NCBI GenBank assembly: GCA_049840735.1
Contig: JASGJN010000026.1
Location: 352,001-416,000 of the forward strand
From: Anaeromyxobacter sp.
GTDB lineage: Bacteria; Myxococcota; Myxococcia; Myxococcales; Anaeromyxobacteraceae
Reading direction: 5' to 3'
Length of the DNA stretch: 64,000 nucleotides
Shown: positions 58,710 to 64,000 of the stretch, piece by piece
Layout: each line of letters begins with the position of its first letter
Position numbering within the stretch: position 1 is the first letter of the stretch
Notes under the pieces: model-generated
Told to the model about the DNA's origin: nothing
The model's input: only the letters and a program-made list of their open reading frames with translations
Databases searched by the model: none
Made by a program: the position numbers and the translations under genes

Positions 58710-60599
58710 TCAGCGCGGTCCCCGCTCCGCGGCCAGCGGCGCGTCGCGCGCCAGCCGGTGGCGCGCCTGGAGCTCCTGCACCAGCGCGCCGAAGCGGGCG
58801 TCGTCGTGCAGCGCCGTCAGCGCCTGGCCCGCGTCGGCGGGCAGGAGCCAGGGCACGCCCTCGTCCACCGCCTGGCGCAGCGCCGCGAAGGCGCGGTCGC
58901 GCTCGCCCAGGGCGGCGTGCACGGCCGCCACGTCCAGCGGGCTGCTGGCCCGGCCGGGCGGCGGGTGCTCCACCTCGAACAGCAGCTCGCGCGCCGGCCC
59001 GGGCGCGCCGGTCTGGGCGCGCAGCCCGGCCAGGGTGGCGACGTAGGCGGGGCCGCGATCGGAGAGCCGGACCGCCTCGGCCAGCGCCGCCAGCGCCTCC
59101 GCACCGTGGCCGGCCGCCAGGTGCGCCCGCCCCAGCACGTCGTAGGCGGCCGGCAGGTGCGGGGCCAGCCGGAGCGTGGCCAGCGCCTGCTCGATGGCCG
59201 CCTCCGCCTGCCCGGCGTGGTGATAGGCCGCCGCCAGCGCCACGTTGGCGGCCGGGGCCATGGGATCGAGGTCGCGCGCCATCCGCGCCTCCGCCACCGC
59301 CTCGGCGTGCCGGTCCTGCAAGGTCAGGATCGCGGCCAGCCGCCGGTGGCCCACCTCCAGCGACGGCTCGATGGCGATGGCCCGGCGCAGGCTGGCCTCG
59401 GCCTGCGCGAAGTCCCAGCGCGCCGCCGCCACGGCGCCGAGCGCCGCGTGAGCCTCGGCCAGGCCGGGATCGAGCGCGCCGGCGCGCCGGGCGGAGGCCT
59501 CCGCCAGCTCCACCGACTGGCCCGCCGGCAGGACCCGCGCCTCGGCCGCCAGGAGGTAGGCCTCGGCCAGCCCGGCGCGGGCGCGGGCGTCCTCCGGATC
59601 GAGCCGCACCGCCTCGCCCAGGTGCTCCAGGCACTCGCCCAGCACCTGCGGCGTGGCGCGGCGGCAGTAGGCCCGCCCCACCTCCTCCTCGCGCTGGGCT
59701 GCGGCGTGGGCGCCCAGCGGGGGGCGGGGCTCCGGGGCGGACAGCGCCGCCACCTGCTCGCTCACCGTCCGCGCCACGCGCTCCTCCAGCTCGGGCAGCG
59801 CCACCGGGTCGGCCTCCAGCACGTCGGCCCAGCGCAGCCGCTCGCCCGAGGCGTCGATCAGCTCGGCCACGACCCGCACGCGGTCATCGACGCTGAGGAG
59901 CGAGAGCTCGACGAACGCCGCCGCGGCCGGCCGGCCCGCCGCCGCGGGCACGTGGTCGGGGGCGGCCGTGACCTCGATCCCGGGCAGGGTGGCCAGGTGC
60001 CGGGAGAGCGTCTGGGCCAGCTTGGTGCAGAGCGCGCCGTACCTGGGCTGGCCGGTGAAGTTCGACACCGGCAGCACCGCCACCCGCTGCGGGGCCGGCG
60101 CGTGGCGCGCCACGGCGTAGGCGGCGATCCCCAGCGCGGCGGCGAGGCCCAGCGCCGCGGCCGCCCGGCGCAGCGGTCGTGGCGACCGGGCCGGGGGTCC
60201 TGGCTCGGGCGGCGCCGGGGCGGGCGGCGGCGGCGGCGCGGGAGGGGTCGGGACTGGGGTGGGCGCCGGGCGCGCGGCGCGGGCCACCGGCGCCAGGAAG
60301 CGGTAGCCGCAGCGCGGGACGGTCTCGATGTAGGTCGGCGCGCGCGCGTCGTCCCCCAGCGCCCGGCGCAGCGCCGCCACGTGCTGGGAGAGGTTGCACT
60401 CCTCCACCCGGACCGAGCCCCAGACGCGCTCGAAGAGCCGCTCCTTGCGGAGCAGCCCGCCGGCCTGCTCCAGCAGGACCAGCAGGACGTCCACGTCCTT
60501 CGGCTTGAGATCGACCGCCGCCGCGCCCCGCCGGAGCACGCGCTCCGCGGGATCGATCACGAAGGGCCCGAACGAGAACAGGAGCTCCTGCTCTTCCAA
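58710..60599 (-). CDS. CadC/OmpR-type winged-helix regulator with TM, TolB-N-like domain and TPRs
   Basis: FSFGPF...LFERVW...NLSQHVAALRRALGD...IETVPRCGYRF; TM segment; VAVLPVSN; LDP..A.A TPR repeats; TTG start after GGGAGG inferred. Confidence 0.85.
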   Translation of the reverse strand: MEEQELLFSFGPFVIDPAERVLRRGAAAVDLKPKDVDVLLVLLEQAGGLLRKERLFERVWGSVRVEECNLSQHVAALRRALGDDARAPTYIETVPRCGYRFLAPVARAARPAPTPVPTPPAPPPPPAPAPPEPGPPARSPRPLRRAAAALGLAAALGIAAYAVARHAPAPQRVAVLPVSNFTGQPRYGALCTKLAQTLSRHLATLPGIEVTAAPDHVPAAAGRPAAAAFVELSLLSVDDRVRVVAELIDASGERLRWADVLEADPVALPELEERVARTVSEQVAALSAPEPRPPLGAHAAAQREEEVGRAYCRRATPQVLGECLEHLGEAVRLDPEDARARAGLAEAYLLAAEARVLPAGQSVELAEASARRAGALDPGLAEAHAALGAVAAARWDFAQAEASLRRAIAIEPSLEVGHRRLAAILTLQDRHAEAVAEARMARDLDPMAPAANVALAAAYHHAGQAEAAIEQALATLRLAPHLPAAYDVLGRAHLAAGHGAEALAALAEAVRLSDRGPAYVATLAGLRAQTGAPGPARELLFEVEHPPPGRASSPLDVAAVHAALGERDRAFAALRQAVDEGVPWLLPADAGQALTALHDDARFGALVQELQARHRLARDAPLAAERGPR

Positions 60600-60773
60600 G
60601 CGCGCCTCCCCAGCTGCTGCTTCGAGTGGACACAGGTGCACCACCGCTCCCGCCCCGCGCGAGTCCCACGTCCCCGGTGCCCGTCCAGGGTTCACGCTTC
60701 GTGAGGTGACTCCCGGGGCCACCGCCGACGGAGGTCGTCGCGCGCGAGGCCAGGGCCCGCGCGAGCAGCGACT

Positions 60774-60807
60774 CGTGAATTCACGCTGATTTCAGCGGGG
60801 CTTCACG
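60774..60807. promoter_or_regulatory. Candidate regulator site: 12-bp palindrome plus three 11-bp-phased TTCA(CG/GC) repeats
   Basis: CGTGAATTCACG; TTCACG at 60780, TTCAGC at 60791, TTCACG at 60802. Confidence 0.5.
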
Positions 60808-60901
60808 GCGGGGGCGGGCGGGGCTGCCCATGCTCGCCTCCGACTCGAGGCCCGTCGGGGACGCCTGGAGGCGTTCACCGGACGGAAAGGCGGACCCAGC
60901 C

Positions 60902-63900
60902 ATGGACAGGCGAACGATCGTTGGCACCCATCGGGCTCTTCACTCCCAGCGATGGCTCACCGCGTGGCTGCTGGCGGTGGTGGCCGGGATCCCGGCGCTG
61001 GCCGGGGCCGCCCCGGTCTCGCTCGACGTGTCCAGCGCGCGCAGCGAGCCGCGCTGGGGCGACGGCGTCGGCATCCTGGAGGGGACGCCCATCGGCGCCT
61101 ACCGCTACCTGATCAACGTGGACGACACCGCCGACGGCTCCCAGCCGGCGGTGGACGGCTGCACGCCGGAGACGCCCGGCTACCCGGCCACCTGCCGCTG
61201 GCCCTCGGTGGCGGCCATCTCCTCCTCCAGCCCCATCTACACGCAGGGTGACCAGTCCGACTTCGCCAGCTTCCTGGACCTGCCGCCAGGCCGGTACCTG
61301 ATCTCGGTCCTGGCCGACGGCTTCAAGCTGGACGGCGCGCACTTCACGGTGCCGGACGCCGGCGCCGTGGTGGTGGAGGTGCGCCTGCAGCCGCACCCGC
61401 TGCCCACCGCCACGCTGCAGGCGCTGGTGTTCGAGGACACCGCCCCCGTCAACGGCGCGCCGGACGTCCCCGCGGAGCGCGGCCTGGCCGGCTTCCAGGG
61501 GCACATCGCCGACTACATCGACTTCGTCCTCACCGACATCTTCGGCAACCCGCTCTGCACCGAGTACGACCCGGCCACCGGCGAGCCCATCCCGGGCAGC
61601 GGCGGCGTCTGCCTCTCGCGCTGCTACGACGCCGACGGCCTCGACGTCACCGCCCAGGCCGACGCCGAGGGGCGCTGCCCGGTGGGCGCGCAGGGCATCC
61701 TCAGGATCCCCAACCTCGGCCCGAACCGCTACGCGCTCTCGGTGGTGCCGCCCGACGGCACCCCCTGGGTCCAGACCACCACCCTGGAGGGCAACCTGGA
61801 CTGGGACAGCTGGGTGATGGAGGGCAACACCGGCTACGACACCGAGTTCGTGCAGGCCGCCGAGCCGGTGCCCACGCCCATCTTCGGCTACGTGCGCCCC
61901 CTGAACACGCTGGCCGGCGGCGCCGGGCACGTGACGGGCGTGGTCGAGTCGGTCAAGAACTGGATCCCGCCGCGCGGCGGCGCGGCGCTGCCCGGGACGA
62001 TCTGGGGCGGCCTGGCCAGCTCCAAGCTCGATCGCCCATCGACCGGCCCTGGGTCGCGCTCTCCGACCTGAACGCCGGGGACGCGGCGGTGTACGTGGGG
62101 CAGGGCGGCGCCGACGGGCGGTTCGACATCGGCGGCGTGCCGGACGGCACCTACACGCTGACGTACTGGGACTCGGACCTCGACCACATCCTCGACCTGT
62201 TCAACGTGACCGTGGACGGCGGCGAGGTGGTGGACCTGGGCATCGTCCCGCTCTCCGGCTGGTGGACGCGCATCGAGGGCGACGTCTTCAACGACCTGAA
62301 CCGCAACGGCAAGCGCGACGCGGGGGAGCCGGGCATCGCCGGGTTCCCGGTGGTGGTGAAGAAGCGCGAGAACGCCGTGATGGACCGCGGCGCCACGCTG
62401 GTCACCACCGACGCGGCCGGCCACTACGTCCTCTCGAACGCCTACCCGCTCACGCAGTGGGTGGTGATCGAGGCCTACTCCGACCTGTTCTACACCACCG
62501 GCGTCACCTGGCAGGCCGACAACCAGCTGGAGGAGACCACGGTGCTGGGCGCCGGCGTGGACGTCGGCATGCTGCCCATCATCGGCCTGGGCGGGCGGCT
62601 GGACTGGGCGGTCCACGCCTACGATCCCACCGGGGCGACCGGCGGCCTCGATCCGCGCAACGGCGGCATCGTCGGGACCGTCTCCTACGACACCACCCGC
62701 AACGAGCTGGACCCCGCCTACGCGGCGGTGGAGGACTGGCAGCCGGGCATCCCCGGCCTGACGGTGAACCTGTGGGCCACCGTCCCCTGCGCGGCCGGGG
62801 CCATCTGCGACTCGACCCGGCGCTACCAGCTGGAGTCGGACGGCTCCTACCGCAAGGGGCAGCTGCTCAACCAGTACCAGACCGAGCGCTGGGCGCGCCC
62901 CCGCGGCTGCCAGCCGCGCGACGGCGACGGGGCGCCGCTGGCCTACCCGGCGGACCAGCAGTTCATGCCCGCGGCCAGCCCGGACGTGGAGTGCATCGAG
63001 GCGCCCGCCATGGGCGTCCAGTTCGAGCAGGGCTTCTCGGCGGTGGACGGCAACTACGGCTTCACCGACGGCTGCTTCGGCGCCGGCGGCTTCGACCCGG
63101 TGGCCGGTGCGTGCGCCGACGGCGCCGATCCCGTCGAGCTCTCGCCGCGCGACTACCTGGTGGAGGTGCTGGTGCCGGAGGACGCGCGCGGCCTGCCGCT
63201 CTACCAGGTCACGCGCGAGGAGGACATCAACATCGCCCGCGGCGACCAGTGGGTCCCGCAGGTGCCCCCGCCGCCGTGCGCCGGGCCGCTCCACACCGTG
63301 GACCTGGCCGGCGACGGCGTGGACGGCTACCCCGCCGTCGCGCTGGCCAGCGGCGTCCAGGTGCCGGCCTCGACCCCCACCGGGAACCCGACCTTCCTCG
63401 ACATCGGCGGGTCGCCCTACGAGGGCCAGGCCCGGCCGCTGTGCAACATGAAGCTGGTGCGGGTGAGCAACGGCCGCTCCATCGCGCCGACCTTCAACTA
63501 CTTCACCGACGTCCCGGTGGCGGGCCGCCTCTTCACGTACATCGTGGACGACCTGACCTTCTCTGCCAACCCGGCCTCCACGCTCTACGGCGAGAAGGCC
63601 GGCGTGCCCCACGTGCCGGTGGGCATCTACGACTACACCAACCGGCTGGTCACCACCGCCGAGTCCGACGTCAACGGCATGTTCGACGTGCTGCTGCCGT
63701 CGTCCGATCGCATCAGCTGCCCGACGCCCTCCGGCGTCTGCGCGAACCTGTACCGGCTGGTGGGGAACGACCCGGGGATCCCGGGGCGGCTCAACCCCGC
63801 CTACAACCCGCGCTTCCGCACCATCGCGGCGGAGTTCGAGGTCTTCCCCGGCCTGACCGTCCCGGCCGACCTGGCGCCGACGCAGGTGGGCGTCACGGTG

Positions 63901-64000
63901 CAGCTGCCCGGCGGGCAGACCGAGGCGGTCAGCTGCGCCCTCTCCGCCAGCACGCCCCAGCTCTTCCAGATCTCGGCGCCCTACGTGCGCGACAGCGGCG
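60902..64000 (+). CDS. Very large secreted multidomain protein with SdrD-B/carboxypeptidase-regulatory-like modules (apparent frameshift near 62035; runs off the window)
   Basis: Signal-like segment (WLLAVVAGIPALAGA); Cys pairs; after the shift DVFNDLNRNGKRDAGEPGIAG and GVPDGTYTLTYWD; apparently open to the window end. Confidence 0.75.

Overview
Very GC-rich bacterial chromosomal window whose gene content and protein style suggest an Anaeromyxobacter-like myxobacterium (inference). Housekeeping blocks are hflX; proB-proA-rsfS; pyruvate:ferredoxin oxidoreductase; rplU-rpmA-obgE-trmH-like; a guaB1-like gene; rluA-family and wecB; and kdsB-pyrG-kdsA-kdsC-lptCAB-rpoN. They are interleaved with accessory lipoproteins, transporters and regulators. 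I saw no rRNA, tRNA, CRISPR array, transposase or integrase. Highlights: (1) an operon encoding an NrtR-type Nudix regulator, a soluble SPFH/band-7 protein and a divergent NAD-kinase-like protein, with a 40-bp palindrome over its promoter; (2) a dispersed REP-like palindrome family (CCGTTCG-stem-TGAG...TCGA-stem) with covarying stems, including a 5x49-bp tandem amplification between rpmA and obgE and a nested copy in frame in the kdsC 5' end; (3) about 15 apparent frameshifts, most in or beside GATC and often read as GAATC/GATTC, which look like modification-linked sequencing errors rather than pseudogenes; (4) a membrane sensor with only a DHp/HisKA domain, tail-fibre-like surface proteins, a sigma54-driven Cys/His-rich secreted protein, and a wHTH-TPR regulator divergent from a very large secreted protein with 11-bp-phased repeats between them.
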